From Candidatus Hydrogenedentota bacterium (GTDB lineage: Bacteria; Hydrogenedentota; Hydrogenedentia; Hydrogenedentales; SLHB01): 64,000 nucleotides of DNA. Of this stretch, positions 41,009 to 51,656 are shown piece after piece. How positions within the stretch are numbered: position 1 is the stretch's first letter; every line of letters begins with the position of its first letter. The translations under genes were made by a program, and so were the position numbers. The stretch is from the NCBI GenBank assembly GCA_963745075.1, contig CAVUWV010000028.1, positions 1 to 64,000 on the forward strand. The letters run 5' to 3'. The notes under the pieces were generated by a model that worked only from the letters and a program-made list of their open reading frames with translations, searched no databases and was not told the DNA's origin.

Positions 41009-43845
41009 GCCTCGACTCCGAGTTGGTTTGCACACACTTGGCAAATACCGGGGTGATCGGTCACCGTTCCCACGGATTCACGGACGTGCCAGCAACGCAC
41101 ACACTTTTCGCCCGGTGCTTGCGTGACTTCCGCACGCAGGGGCACGCCCTCTGTTTCCGTAGATTCTTTGACGCCTTGCAGTATGGTCTTGGAAACGATA
41201 AAAATGTCGTCGAGCTGGGCCTCATACTTGGTCAGGACCGAGGCAACAGCTTCGGTTCCAGGTACTAACGTAACCGCGGCCTGGAGGGATGACCGGATCT
41301 GGTTGGCCCTCCGAGCCTCCTCAAGCTCCTTGGAAACAACGCCGCGCACCCGTAGAATTTCGTCCCATTCCTGGGCTTGGGCTTCCGGCAGAATCCACTC
41401 TTCCCTGACGGGCTTAAACTGTTCCAAATGAACCGCTTCCGACACCCGGAGGTGTTCCGGAAGGAACTGCCAGGCCTCGTCCGTCGTGTAGGTCAGCACG
41501 GGCGCCATCAGCGTCAACAGATCGGTCAACACCTCGGCCAGTACCGTCTGGGCCGCGCGGCGTTCCCGCGAGTCGGTTGCAAATGTATACAGTCTGTCTT
41601 TCAAAACGTCAAGGTAAAAAGCACTCATGTCCACCGCACAGAAATTGTGAGCGGCGTGGTAGACCACGTGAAACTCATAGTCTTCGTAGGCCTTAAGTAC
41701 GCGTTTCTTAAGAAGTTGCAGGCGGTGCAAGGCCCAGCGATCGATGTCCAGCAGGTCCTCGTAGGCCACCGCGTTTTCGGCCTTGAAATCGAAGAGATTG
41801 CCGAGCATGTGGCGGAAGGTGTTGCGGAACCGGCGGTAGCTGTCCTGCAACCGAGTGAGGATTTCGTCGGAGATGCGGATGTCCTGCCGGTAGTTTTCGC
41901 TGGTCACCCAGAGGCGCACGATGTCAGCGCCGTACTTGGACAACAAGTCGGGGAGACCGACGTAGTTGCCGAGACGCTTGGACATGGCCTTGCCTTCGCC
42001 GTCCACGACGTAGCCGTGAGTCAGCACGGATTTGTAGGGTGGCGATCCTTTGGCGGCGATTGACGGGATCAGCGAGGACTGGAACCAGCCGCGATGCTGG
42101 TCGCTGCCTTCGAGGTACATGTCGGCGGGCCATTGCAGGTCCGGCCAGACTTCGCAGACGGCGCGGCTGCTGGTACCGGAGTCGAACCAAACGTCGAGGA
42201 TATCCGTCTCGTGGACGAATTCGGTCTCGCCGGATTCGGCGCACTTGGCGCCGTCGGGCACAAGTTCCGATGCGGGGGTGTCGAACCAGCGGTCGATGCC
42301 ATCGGCGGCGGACAACGCGAGCTGCTCGATCTTCTTGAAGCTCGCGGCGTTCGCAAACACCTCGCCGCTTTCTTTGCCGTAAAAGACCGGGATGGGCACG
42401 CCCCACGCGCGCTGCCGGCTGATGCACCAGTCAGGGCGTTGCTGGATCATGCCATAGATGCGCTCTTTCCCCCACTCCGGAATCCATCGAACCTGGTCGA
42501 CGGCTTTCAACGCTTTTTCGCGAAGACCATCGTGGTCCATATTGATGAACCATTGCGGCGTGGACCGGAAGATGATGGGGCCGCTGCAACGCCAGCAGTG
42601 CGGATAGCTGTGCTCGTACGGACTCGTCGACAGCAACACACCGGAGGCTTCGAGGTCTTCGACGATCTTCTTGTTGGCGTGAAAGACCTGGAGCCCTTCA
42701 TACGGGCCGGCCTCAGCGGTGAACACGCCGCTGTCGTCCACGGGCGACAAGGGGGCGATGCCGTATTCCATCCCGACGACGTAGTCTTCCTGGCCGTGGC
42801 CGGGAGCGGTATGAACGCACCCCGTACCGGCGTCAAGCGTGACGTGCAAGCCGAGGATGATCGGGCAAATGCGATCCGGGAACATGATGTGTTGATAGGT
42901 CAGCCCCTCGAGGTCGGCGCCTTTGAACTGAGGGCCTTTCTCATACTCCGTGATGCCGCTGGCTTCCAAAGCGGCCGGACCGAGGTAACTGGCCATGATG
43001 AGCCATTCGCCGCCGACCTTGTAGGCCGCGTACTCGTAATCGGGATGGACCGTGATCGCGAGGTTCGCCGGAAGGGTCCACGGGGTGGTCGTCCAAATGA
43101 CGAAGTGAGCGGGACCGTCGAGACCCGGGACTTTCTTGTCCGCTTTGAACTTCACGTAGATGGACGGCGAGGTGCGGTCGGCGTACTCGACCTCGGCTTC
43201 GGCGAGGGCCGTCTCGCAGGACGGGCACCAGTAGATCGGCTTCAGTCCGCGATAGATGGCGCCGGTCTGATAGATGTCGCCGAAGTTGCGGATGATGGTG
43301 GCGACGTAATTGGGGCTCAGCGTGAGGTAAGGGTTGTCCCATTCGCCGGTGACGCCGAGGCGCTTAAAATCCTTGCGGTGGATGTCGACGTACTTCAGGG
43401 CGAACTCACGGCAACGTCGGCGGATCTCGACCTGGGTCATGGCCTTGGCCGCGTCGCCGAGTTCGGTGGTGACCTTGTGTTCGATGGGCAGCCCATGGCA
43501 GTCCCACCCGGGGACATACGGCGCATCGAAACCCGGCCATCTGCTTGGACTTGACGACAAGGTCTTTAGAACCTTGTTCAGCGCGTGACCGGAGTGAAGT
43601 TCGCCGTTGGCGTAAGGCGGGCCGTCGTGGAGGACGAATTTGGTCCGGCCCTTGGCGACCTCCCGCATCTTGCCGTACAAGTCCATGTCGTCCCAGCGCT
43701 TAAGCATCTCGGGCTCGCGCTGGGTGAGATTCGCCCGCATGGGGAATTCGGTAATGGGCAGGTTGACGGTGCCTTTGTAGTCCTTCTCGGACGTGGCGGC
43801 CCCGGCCTTTGCCGTATCTTTTTTCGTTTTCGTCGTATCGGACAC
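41005..43845 (-). CDS. ileS: Isoleucine--tRNA ligase (type 1)
   Basis: DGPPYANG.LHSGH, GWDCHGLP, WTTTPWTL, DWCISRQR, EGSDQHRGWF, AMSKR, C-terminal zinc finger; compensating indels around 43535-43568. Confidence 0.97.
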   Translation of the reverse strand: MSDTTKTKKDTAKAGAATSEKDYKGTVNLPITEFPMRANLTQREPEMLKRWDDMDLYGKMREVAKGRTKFVLHDGPPYANGELHSGHALNKVLKTLSSSPSRWPGFDAPYVPGWDCHGLPIEHKVTTELGDAAKAMTQVEIRRRCREFALKYVDIHRKDFKRLGVTGEWDNPYLTLSPNYVATIIRNFGDIYQTGAIYRGLKPIYWCPSCETALAEAEVEYADRTSPSIYVKFKADKKVPGLDGPAHFVIWTTTPWTLPANLAITVHPDYEYAAYKVGGEWLIMASYLGPAALEASGITEYEKGPQFKGADLEGLTYQHIMFPDRICPIILGLHVTLDAGTGCVHTAPGHGQEDYVVGMEYGIAPLSPVDDSGVFTAEAGPYEGLQVFHANKKIVEDLEASGVLLSTSPYEHSYPHCWRCSGPIIFRSTPQWFINMDHDGLREKALKAVDQVRWIPEWGKERIYGMIQQRPDWCISRQRAWGVPIPVFYGKESGEVFANAASFKKIEQLALSAADGIDRWFDTPASELVPDGAKCAESGETEFVHETDILDVWFDSGTSSRAVCEVWPDLQWPADMYLEGSDQHRGWFQSSLIPSIAAKGSPPYKSVLTHGYVVDGEGKAMSKRLGNYVGLPDLLSKYGADIVRLWVTSENYRQDIRISDEILTRLQDSYRRFRNTFRHMLGNLFDFKAENAVAYEDLLDIDRWALHRLQLLKKRVLKAYEDYEFHVVYHAAHNFCAVDMSAFYLDVLKDRLYTFATDSRERRAAQTVLAEVLTDLLTLMAPVLTYTTDEAWQFLPEHLRVSEAVHLEQFKPVREEWILPEAQAQEWDEILRVRGVVSKELEEARRANQIRSSLQAAVTLVPGTEAVASVLTKYEAQLDDIFIVSKTILQGVKESTETEGVPLRAEVTQAPGEKCVRCWHVRESVGTVTDHPGICQVCANQLGVEA

Positions 43846-44034
43846 GATAACCTACTCCAATCGAATGCGGGACAATATCATAGAGGTTCCGCGAAGTTCA
43901 AGACTTGGTCGTCACTATTCGCAGTATTCTGAGCCGTTTTGGCCGTGTACACGAGCCGGTGACCGGGCTTGTTATACCCGTGGCGATGCGTAGTCTGTGA
44001 GAAGGAGCGTTGCGAGTTTTCAGGAGAGAGCGCC

Positions 44035-44118
44035 CTGGGGCACGGGCGTCTCGCCCGTGGGCTTGAGATTTGCCTGGCGTTCATTTCAATCCCCACGGGC
44101 GAGACGCCCGTGCCCCAG
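44035..44118. repeat. REP/REPIN-type inverted doublet
   Basis: Perfect 27-bp arms CTGGGGCACGGGCGTCTCGCCCGTGGG / CCCACGGGCGAGACGCCCGTGCCCCAG; shares the GGCGTCTCGCC core with 22931-23014. Confidence 0.85.
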
Positions 44119-44212
44119 TGAACACCCTTGAATGCATTCACTCATTCTTCGTTGGTAGGATTCGCGAACGGGGTGTACCATTCTGACCGCGTCAACAACG
44201 AGGTGCCCACTC

Positions 44213-44476
44213 ATGATCATCGACAAATCCGGTCGTCCTTATGTGACGATCTACGAATGCTGGAGCGATCACGAAGCGGACGTCATCGTCTCGTGTCTCG
44301 GCGCCCACGATATCGTCGCGCGGACGAATTCCGAACTCCCCCACTCGGTGTTTCCGCTCGCCGTGGATGGCCTCGGCAAGGTCGAAATCCTCGTCGCTGA
44401 GGACGATGTTAAGGAGGCGACGTTTATTGTAAGGGAACGGGCGAACCATGGGGGTGGTGCTGAAGAAGAAGCGTAA
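44213..44476 (+). CDS. DUF2007-like (putative signal-transducing) small protein
   Basis: EADVIVSCLGAHDI...GKVEILVAEDDVKEA; RBS GAGGT. Confidence 0.7.
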   Translation: MIIDKSGRPYVTIYECWSDHEADVIVSCLGAHDIVARTNSELPHSVFPLAVDGLGKVEILVAEDDVKEATFIVRERANHGGGAEEEA

Positions 44477-44567
44477 GACGACAGCCACGCCATGGCGTGG
44501 CTGTCGTCTTTCGCGGAGGCAGGGTGACGATCGTTCGAGCTTGACCGAATTTTCAGGAGTTTTTCGC

Positions 44568-46397
44568 ATGCGTGGTGTTGCAGGATTCTTGCTGCTGGCT
44601 GTGTCGCTTGTTGCGTATGCCGGTGATGACACAATGTCGTCGTCGGCTTTGTTCTACGTATCCCCTTCCGGCGACGACGCGACTGCGGGGACGGCGGAGG
44701 CGCCGTTTCAGTCTCTGTCTCGCGCGCGGGAGGCGATGCGGGCGTTGCCGCGGGAGAAAGGGCGGGTGAAGGGGCGGCGCGTAGTGATCGAGCTGGCGGA
44801 TGGGGTGTATCGGTTGACTGAACCGTTGGTGTTTACGAGCCGGGATTCGGGCGGGGCGAAGGTGCCGGTGACGTATCGGGCGGCGGACGGAGCGCATCCG
44901 GTGGTGAGCGGGGGCGTGATGGTGACGGGCTGGGAGCCGGATGAAAACGGGCGTTGGAAGGCGCAGACGGATATCGCGGAGTGCCGGCAGTTTTATGTGA
45001 ACGGCGTCCGGGCGCAACGGGCGCGGGGACCGTTTCCAGAGGGGGCGGAGCGGTTTGCGGCGTTGAAGGCGATTGACGAGGTGGCCGGGTTTCGCATGGC
45101 GGACGCGTCGTTGGCGGAGTGGCAACGGCCGGGCGATCTGGAACTGGGGTTCTTCAATTCGTGGAGCCACATGATCGGGCGGGTGGCGTCCGTCCAACGG
45201 GACGAGGACGGCGTGGTGCAAGTCATCATGCAGCAGCCGAGTTTCTACCTGCTCTGCCGCAAGGAAGGGGTGAAGGCCGAGTATCCCGCATACATGGAGA
45301 ACGCTCGGGAACTGTTGGACGAACCGGGAGAGTGGTATCACGACCGGGCCACCGGCGTGCTGTATTACCTTCCGCGCGAGGGTGAGGATCTCGCGTCCGC
45401 GGAGTGTGTGGTGACGGTGTTGGAGACGCTGGTGCAACTGCGCGGCACCGCGAAGCGTCCGGTGCGGAACATCCGGTTTGAAGGGATTACCTTCGCAGAT
45501 GCCACGTGGCTGGGACCTAACCGGATCGGGCACGCGGACGTGCAGGCAAATTTTTCATTTGCGCCAAGCAATGTTTTTGAACGAGATGAATCCATTGTGA
45601 ATCTCCACAACGAGTATGTGAAGAGTCCGGGCAACGTGGTGGTCGAATACGGGCATGGCATCGTGTTCGAGGGTTGCACCTTTACCCGGTTGGGCGGCGC
45701 GGGTTTGGATCTCGGGCGCGGGTCGCAGGAGTGCGTGGTGTCGAAGTGCACGTTTCGCGACATCTCGGGGAACGGCATTCAGATCGGGGACGTGCAGAAG
45801 GAGGACCATCATCCCAGCGATCCCGCGAACATCGTGCGCGGGAATCGCGTCGCGGATTGTCTGATTGAAAACGTAGGCGCGGAGTATGAGGACAGCGTGG
45901 GGATCTTCGCGGGGTACGTGCAGGAGACGGCGATCGAACACAACGAGATCCGGGATCTCCCCTACTCCGGCGTTTCGATCGGTTGGGGCTGGGGCGAGGA
46001 AGACAGCGGCGGCGGGAATTATCCGATTCCCTTCGTGTACGAACAGCCGACGCCCGCGCGGGACAACCGGATCGCGGGCAATCATATCTATCACGTGATG
46101 CAGCGGCGCAATGACGGCGGCGGGATTTATACATTGGGGAACCAGCCGGGCACGGTCATCAGCGGGAATTACATCCACGACAATCCGGGTGCGCCGGGCG
46201 GTATCTATCTCGACGAAGGGAGCGGGTTCATTGAAGTCACGGGGAACGTGGTGCACGGGGTGAAGACGCCGATGAATTACAACAACCGCGCGCAGAACCG
46301 GATCGAAACGTGCAATGAGCATGACAATCATTTCGGCGTCGCGCCGGGGGACGCGGGGTACCCGAAGGAGATCGCGGAGGCCGCGGGGCCGCGGTGA
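44568..46397 (+). CDS. Secreted right-handed beta-helix protein (GH141/pectate-lyase-like fold)
   Basis: Signal peptide; FYVSPSGDD..GT..PF; ELLDEPGEWY; repeated N.I.D..Y.GI..GWGWG; DGGGIYTLG; GIYLDEGS. Confidence 0.85.
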   Translation: MRGVAGFLLLAVSLVAYAGDDTMSSSALFYVSPSGDDATAGTAEAPFQSLSRAREAMRALPREKGRVKGRRVVIELADGVYRLTEPLVFTSRDSGGAKVPVTYRAADGAHPVVSGGVMVTGWEPDENGRWKAQTDIAECRQFYVNGVRAQRARGPFPEGAERFAALKAIDEVAGFRMADASLAEWQRPGDLELGFFNSWSHMIGRVASVQRDEDGVVQVIMQQPSFYLLCRKEGVKAEYPAYMENARELLDEPGEWYHDRATGVLYYLPREGEDLASAECVVTVLETLVQLRGTAKRPVRNIRFEGITFADATWLGPNRIGHADVQANFSFAPSNVFERDESIVNLHNEYVKSPGNVVVEYGHGIVFEGCTFTRLGGAGLDLGRGSQECVVSKCTFRDISGNGIQIGDVQKEDHHPSDPANIVRGNRVADCLIENVGAEYEDSVGIFAGYVQETAIEHNEIRDLPYSGVSIGWGWGEEDSGGGNYPIPFVYEQPTPARDNRIAGNHIYHVMQRRNDGGGIYTLGNQPGTVISGNYIHDNPGAPGGIYLDEGSGFIEVTGNVVHGVKTPMNYNNRAQNRIETCNEHDNHFGVAPGDAGYPKEIAEAAGPR

Positions 46398-46410
46398 ATT
46401 GGAGTGGGCC

Positions 46411-46637
46411 TTATAGAAGGTTGTGGAATTCGTCCCGCGTGAGTTCGACATCGCGAAGGATACTCGCCAACAGACCTGGCCCGATGGTTTCGCCCGCATG
46501 AACCGGAACCGTCGTTACACGACCGTCGGCGTGCCGAAGACGATGATAGCTCCCCCGTGTTCGGCTTCGACTTCGAAGCCAGCTTTTCGTAGTGCGGTGA
46601 TGACTTCCCTACCGGTTAGTATGGGAAGGGGACTCAT
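46411..46637 (-). CDS. hicA: HicA mRNA interferase toxin (frameshift near 46565)
   Basis: Manual translation MSPLPILTGREVITALRKAGFEV.../RTRGSYHRLRHADGRVTTVPVHAGETIGPGLLASILRDVELTRDEF. Confidence 0.8.
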
Positions 46638-46843
46638 GGGGAGACGGTGATTCGCTGGACGCCGACGAATTCGAGCGATTCGACTTCCTCCCCCGCATCC
46701 TCAAGACAGAGTTCGGCGGCCTCGCGTATCCGCATCATGACCTCGTCCAGCGATTTCGCCTGCGTATGGCATACACGGAGGGCCGGCACAGTTGCCACGT
46801 AATACCCGTCTGCGTCCTGTTCGATAATCACGCTAAATTCCAT
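46634..46843 (-). CDS. hicB: Short HicB antitoxin
   Basis: FSVIIEQDADGYYVATVPAL..CHTQAKSLDE...IREAAELCLE. Confidence 0.88.
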   Translation of the reverse strand: MEFSVIIEQDADGYYVATVPALRVCHTQAKSLDEVMMRIREAAELCLEDAGEEVESLEFVGVQRITVSP

Positions 46844-46980
46844 GGAAGTAGGCCCTCCTTACACCGGGATTGTACGCGCTCCGGGACGAGACAGACAACT
46901 AAATTACAGTGACACCCAGGACACTTGACGTCGTTCACCCTTTCGTGCCGCTAACTTATGGGGTCCGAAAGAGCCACGCT

Positions 46981-47004
46981 ATCCCCGCTTTCGCAAGGAT
47001 GACC
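46981..47004. repeat. REP-like palindrome (GTCATCCTTGCGAAAGCGGGGAT on the minus strand)
   Basis: Matches the reconstructed IS21 empty site TCATCCTCGCGAAAGCGGGGA at 20/21 positions. Confidence 0.65.
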
Positions 47005-47096
47005 AACGTGGCGGTCCCAGTGGGGGAAATCCGACAAGAGTCTTGCCCCCTCCCCTTCATCCGTGGAAGAATGCGGCGGTTGGTTAACCGGGGACG

Positions 47097-47732
47097 ATGG
47101 CGTTGGATGGAATTGGAGATACTGGGGTGGACATCGAGATACGTGAATACCGGCCGGAGGATGAAGCGGAGTGGATGCGGGTGCATGCCATTATCCTCAG
47201 CATTTCGCATGCGTGGAATTATTCGATTCAGGAGCGGCCGGACTATGAAGGGTTTCGGTCGACGCGGCTGGTGGCGGTGCATGAGGGGAAGATCGTCGGA
47301 CTCACGGACACGCAGTATGAGAATGAGGCGGGCGAGTTCTGTTTCATGAAGGACAGCCCGGGCGGGTACGTGCTGGAGTTCGGACGGTTGCCGGAGTACA
47401 CCGGGCATCGCATCGGGCAGTTGCTCATCGACGCGACGGTGGAGGATGCGAAGAAGAAGGGGTTTAAGCGGCTGGAGTATTGGACGCAGGATCGGAAAGC
47501 GCAACGGTACTATCAGCGGGTTGGGATGAAGGAGATCGGGCGTCACTACCGATTCCGTATGCGGGCGCCGGAGGACGTGAAGGACGCGGTCGGCCGGAAT
47601 TACATCGGGATCGAGTACCTGTATTGCGCGTGTCTGCCGGAAGAGTGGCCGCTGGTGAAGGAGAAGTACGACATCGTGACGAAGCATCCGCTGGAACCGC
47701 ATTTGTGTATCGGTTATGAGATCCGGTTTTGA
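47097..47732 (+). CDS. GNAT-family N-acetyltransferase
   Basis: IREYRPEDE; PEYTGHRIGQLL; AQRYYQRVG. Confidence 0.8.
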   Translation: MALDGIGDTGVDIEIREYRPEDEAEWMRVHAIILSISHAWNYSIQERPDYEGFRSTRLVAVHEGKIVGLTDTQYENEAGEFCFMKDSPGGYVLEFGRLPEYTGHRIGQLLIDATVEDAKKKGFKRLEYWTQDRKAQRYYQRVGMKEIGRHYRFRMRAPEDVKDAVGRNYIGIEYLYCACLPEEWPLVKEKYDIVTKHPLEPHLCIGYEIRF

Positions 47733-47754
47733 AGACGGTTGGAGACTCCACGGC

Positions 47755-47974
47755 AAGAACATCCCCCTTGATCCCCCTTCAAAGGGGGAGTGGTACGAAG
47801 TTCCGACAAGGAGCACATAGGTAACAGTTTAGACCGGACACGTTGGGTAACGCTTCTTGCGGTAGGACGCCAGTTGCCTGAGCTGAGTATTATCCATATC
47901 ATCGTCACCGAGGACGCAACGCAAAGCGTTGCGACTGACTCCCCCTTTGAAGGGGGATCAAGGGGGATGTTCTT
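47755..47974. repeat. MITE/REPIN-like element with perfect 37-bp terminal inverted repeats
   Basis: AAGAACATCCCCCTTGATCCCCCTTCAAAGGGGGAGT (47755-47791) and its exact reverse complement (47938-47974). Confidence 0.85.
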
Positions 47975-47994
47975 TCCTCCAGCCTCTGTACTCC

Positions 47995-50028
47995 CTATCC
48001 ATTCGCCGGGATCACCGGGAGTTCCACGTAGGACGCGTGGTCGCCGTCGCGATGGAATTTCACGGTGGGAATACGGTTGTCGTCGGCGTTCGGGTCATTC
48101 TTCGGGCTGATGGCCGGATTCAGGGGGAAGGTGGGATAGTCCGCACAGGCGATGGTCACGCGGAGTTGGTGCCCTTTCTGGAAGACCCATGACGTTCGGG
48201 AAGTAATCGATAACGAGTTCAACCACCGCGTCGTTCGCGAATACCTCAGGATTCCAGTCGTTCTTTTCAAATCCGTGCCAGGGCAGTTCCGGTTTTACGT
48301 CGATGCCCTTGGTTCCGGCCAGAATCATCTTGTCGTTGTTGCGCAATACGGCGAATCCGGCGCGCAATTGGCCTTCCGTGACGAGCAGGGCCTCGCCGTT
48401 TTCGTCCACGTCTTCGAGGTACACGAAGAAATCGCCGTCCGGCGCGGTGGACGATACGAAAAGATGCAGGATGGGGTGTCCCGTGATCTCCGTATCCGCT
48501 TCGTAAGGACACCGTCGTGTAGGACACGCATTGCTTGTCTTTCTCGGTGCGGATGGGTGGCGCATCGGGCCACTGCACTCCAATGCCGAGCCAGCGATTA
48601 CCTTCGGTTTCGGTGTAGGTCGAGCTGTGGGTCAGATCGGGGACGTATTCATCGGCGGCCGCGGCGGGGACCCGCTCGGCGAGACCGTGATCCGGCTGGA
48701 AGTACTGCTTGGTGAGGACCTGCCGCGCGAGGGGCCATTCCTTCTCCATGCGCCAGCCTCCGCCGTGCATGACGTAGATGCAGACGGGTGGTTCGGTGTC
48801 GATGCCGTTGTCGATGCCTTTGAGGTAGTGGTCGAAGAAGCGCAGGTGTTCGCGCCAGTAACGGATCGGCACCGTGCTCACGTCCTCGCCGAAGTATTTC
48901 CAGAACGGCCCCTGTTCGGGTTCGTGATAGGCGGGGGTGATCAGAAGTTTGGACGGATTCGCCTTTGCCATGGTGCAATAGAGTTCGAAAGTGCCGCGCG
49001 TGAACCCGTCGAACCACGCGCCAATGTCGTAGATGGGAATACCGGAAGCCATGACACCGGGCACATGCCCGCTGGGACTCATATCGTAGAGGTTTAGATC
49101 GAGCGGCGCGGGTCCGTCGATGAACCGGATCTCTGGAGGCCCATTCGTTGTAGTCGTAGTTCCGGAGATGGTCGCGGGTGGCGTTAAAGTAGAGTCCATT
49201 CCGTTTTGCGCCGTCCGCATAGACCGGCGCACCATCGAGAAACGATCCGGTGTTCGGATCGTACTCCGGAATTTCGTCCGCCCATTCGCCGTCACCGTCT
49301 TCATCGGCGGCGGGCTTGGTGGGCCGGGCGCCTCCGTCCGGGAAGTAGCAGTTGTGGGTGATGACGCCCATGTATTCGGAGAACCCTTGCATGAATCCCT
49401 GAAGGTAAATGCCCCCGGGATAGACTTCCCCCGAGAACCCATCCAGGGGAATGGCGGTTGGCATGATGCATTTCAGGGCCTTGGGCTTGAACGTGGCGGT
49501 GGCGGTTTGCGACCAGCCGAGATAGGAGGCGCCTTTCATGCCGACCTTGCCGTTGCACCAGGGTTGCTCGGCAATCCAATCGATCAACTCTTTCCCATCT
49601 TCACCAAGGCGCGGCATGAAATCTACGACCCAGCCGGAGGATGCACCGGTGCCGCGCATGTCGGCACGCACGAAAACGTAGCCGTGCGACACGAAGAGAT
49701 TGCAGTCCGCGGCATTACGTTCGTCTCGGATCTGGCCGGTAGCGGGATCGATGCGCGAACGCTGATACGGGGTGTATTCGAGGATGACGGGGAACGCGTC
49801 GCGCGCGGGTCCGTCCTTGGGCAGATACATGTCCACGGCGAGTTGAACGCCGTCGGACATGGGCACGTAGGTGGAGCGTACATCGACGCCCGTGTACTCC
49901 GGTTCCGTGTAGCCCGAGTACGCGAATGGTTTGCTGACGCGTGGTGCGCCGTCGGCGCAGGCCGAGAGCGCGATGGCAACGGTCAGTACGAAGGCCGCGG
50001 CGCAACGAGATGCCGAGTTCGATTGCAT
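47995..50028 (-). CDS. CocE/NonD (peptidase S15) family hydrolase, probable lipoprotein; several frameshifts
   Basis: LSAC lipobox; MSDGVQLAVD; YTPY; DMRGTGAS; GASYLG nucleophile; GAWFDG; PepX_C-like tail. Confidence 0.85.
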
Positions 50029-50032
50029 GGTT

Positions 50033-51100
50033 CTACTCCCCCATCTTTACGCCGTAACGTTCCATAAATGCCGGGACATCGATCGGCTGCCCGGTGTGGG
50101 CGGACTCGATCGCGGCGAATAAGAGTCCTACGCAATGAATGTTGTCGTCGAGATGGTTTGGCGGCGGGTCTCCCCCGTTCAACCAATGACAAAACATTTC
50201 CGCGAGCCATGGATTCTTCCAGGCGGGCTGCTGCAGGAGCGCCAAGTCTTCGCAGGTCGGCTCTTCCCACGGGCCGCCGCTATAGACGCGCAGTTTCCGG
50301 CGATCCAACTCGAGGGTGCCGTCGCAGCATTCGGCGCGGATGTAGTCGTTTTCCCATCCGTTCAGGGTGCTCGCGTTGGCCTTGGCGCCTTCGTAGAAGC
50401 ACTTCACGCCGTTATCCATCTCGATAGTGATGAGGGCTGTGGAATCGCCCGCGAACTCGCCCCAGGGCGGATTCCAGGTGACCGCATAGACGGTCTTTGC
50501 GTTGGACCCCGCGAGCGCTCGGTGACAATCAAAGTGATGAACGGTGCCGTCCACGAGGAGGGCATCTGGAATCGTATGGCGAAACTCGCCCCAACTTCCG
50601 AATTTGCGGCAATTGTGTGTAAAGCGATGGACGATGTAGTTGAGGTCACCGTATGCGCCGCTCTTCACCGCGAGTTCGAGCGATTGTTTATCCTGGTCGA
50701 AACGATGGCTCATGGTCACGGCCATTTTGACGCCGGCGGCTTTGACGTTGCGATAGATCCGCGAACAAGCGTCCATGGTGTCGGCGATGGGTTTTTCGCT
50801 GAGAATGTGGCAGTCGTGGGCGAGGGCGATATCGACAATGGGTTCGTGCATGGCGGGCGGCACCACGATAATGACGAAGTCAGGCCGGGTCTCCGCCACG
50901 GCCTTGGCTGCGTCGTTGTAGAGTTGCACGTCCGTGAGCCCCAGATCGGCTTTGGCCGAGGACAGGACTTCGGGGTTGACGTCGACGGCCGCGGCGGCTT
51001 CGGCGAGTCCCAACTCCTTGAGCCGGGGCAAGACCTCTTCGCGCCAGTGGCCCCCCCAGCCGCCGACGCCGACCAGCACGTAGCGTAACGGGCTGCTCAT
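50033..51100 (-). CDS. Gfo/Idh/MocA oxidoreductase
   Basis: VGVGGWG; ILSEKPIA; DGTVHHFD. Confidence 0.88.
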   Translation of the reverse strand: MSSPLRYVLVGVGGWGGHWREEVLPRLKELGLAEAAAAVDVNPEVLSSAKADLGLTDVQLYNDAAKAVAETRPDFVIIVVPPAMHEPIVDIALAHDCHILSEKPIADTMDACSRIYRNVKAAGVKMAVTMSHRFDQDKQSLELAVKSGAYGDLNYIVHRFTHNCRKFGSWGEFRHTIPDALLVDGTVHHFDCHRALAGSNAKTVYAVTWNPPWGEFAGDSTALITIEMDNGVKCFYEGAKANASTLNGWENDYIRAECCDGTLELDRRKLRVYSGGPWEEPTCEDLALLQQPAWKNPWLAEMFCHWLNGGDPPPNHLDDNIHCVGLLFAAIESAHTGQPIDVPAFMERYGVKMGE

Positions 51101-51489
51101 ACCGGGAAATCCGCGGGCACGGGTTTGTGCGGAACGGGATGCCCTTTCGCCTTTTCCGCATCGCGATGAAGGTGTCCGACCCGTCCGCCCTCCGGCGTGG
51201 CATCTTCAAACCAGAATCCGGCGAGGTCTTCGTACACCTCGACGACGTTGTGCTCGTCACCCGCCTTGGTGCAGACAATATCGCCCGGTTTCACGTAGTG
51301 GGCCTGGCCCTCCGTCATGACCTTGGCCTTGCCTTCGAAGATGAGCCAGTATTCGTGACAGTCGTGGAAGTGGCAGTCGAAGGTTCCCCCGTCCGCAGAA
51401 ATGCGAAACACTCCCGCGCTGGTGACGGTCGACCACGCGGGCCGGTTTTCCCCTTCCATCGCGTAATCGCTGGTGCGAATGACAGGCAT
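51097..51489 (-). CDS. Cupin-domain protein
   Basis: DCHFHDCHEYW...PGD...GDEH cupin motifs. Confidence 0.8.
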   Translation of the reverse strand: MPVIRTSDYAMEGENRPAWSTVTSAGVFRISADGGTFDCHFHDCHEYWLIFEGKAKVMTEGQAHYVKPGDIVCTKAGDEHNVVEVYEDLAGFWFEDATPEGGRVGHLHRDAEKAKGHPVPHKPVPADFPV

Positions 51490-51656
51490 GTGTGGGGCCT
51501 CCTTGGTTTGGTAAACGCTCGGTTGGCAGTATACCGTGGAGGCGGGTGGTGTGGCTATGGGAATGGGACCTATCAAGCGGGTACTCGTACCCGAGAGCGG
51601 CTTGTCGTCTTTTCCAGTGCAGTTCTATCTACAGTCGAAATTGGGGCAGCAAAGCT

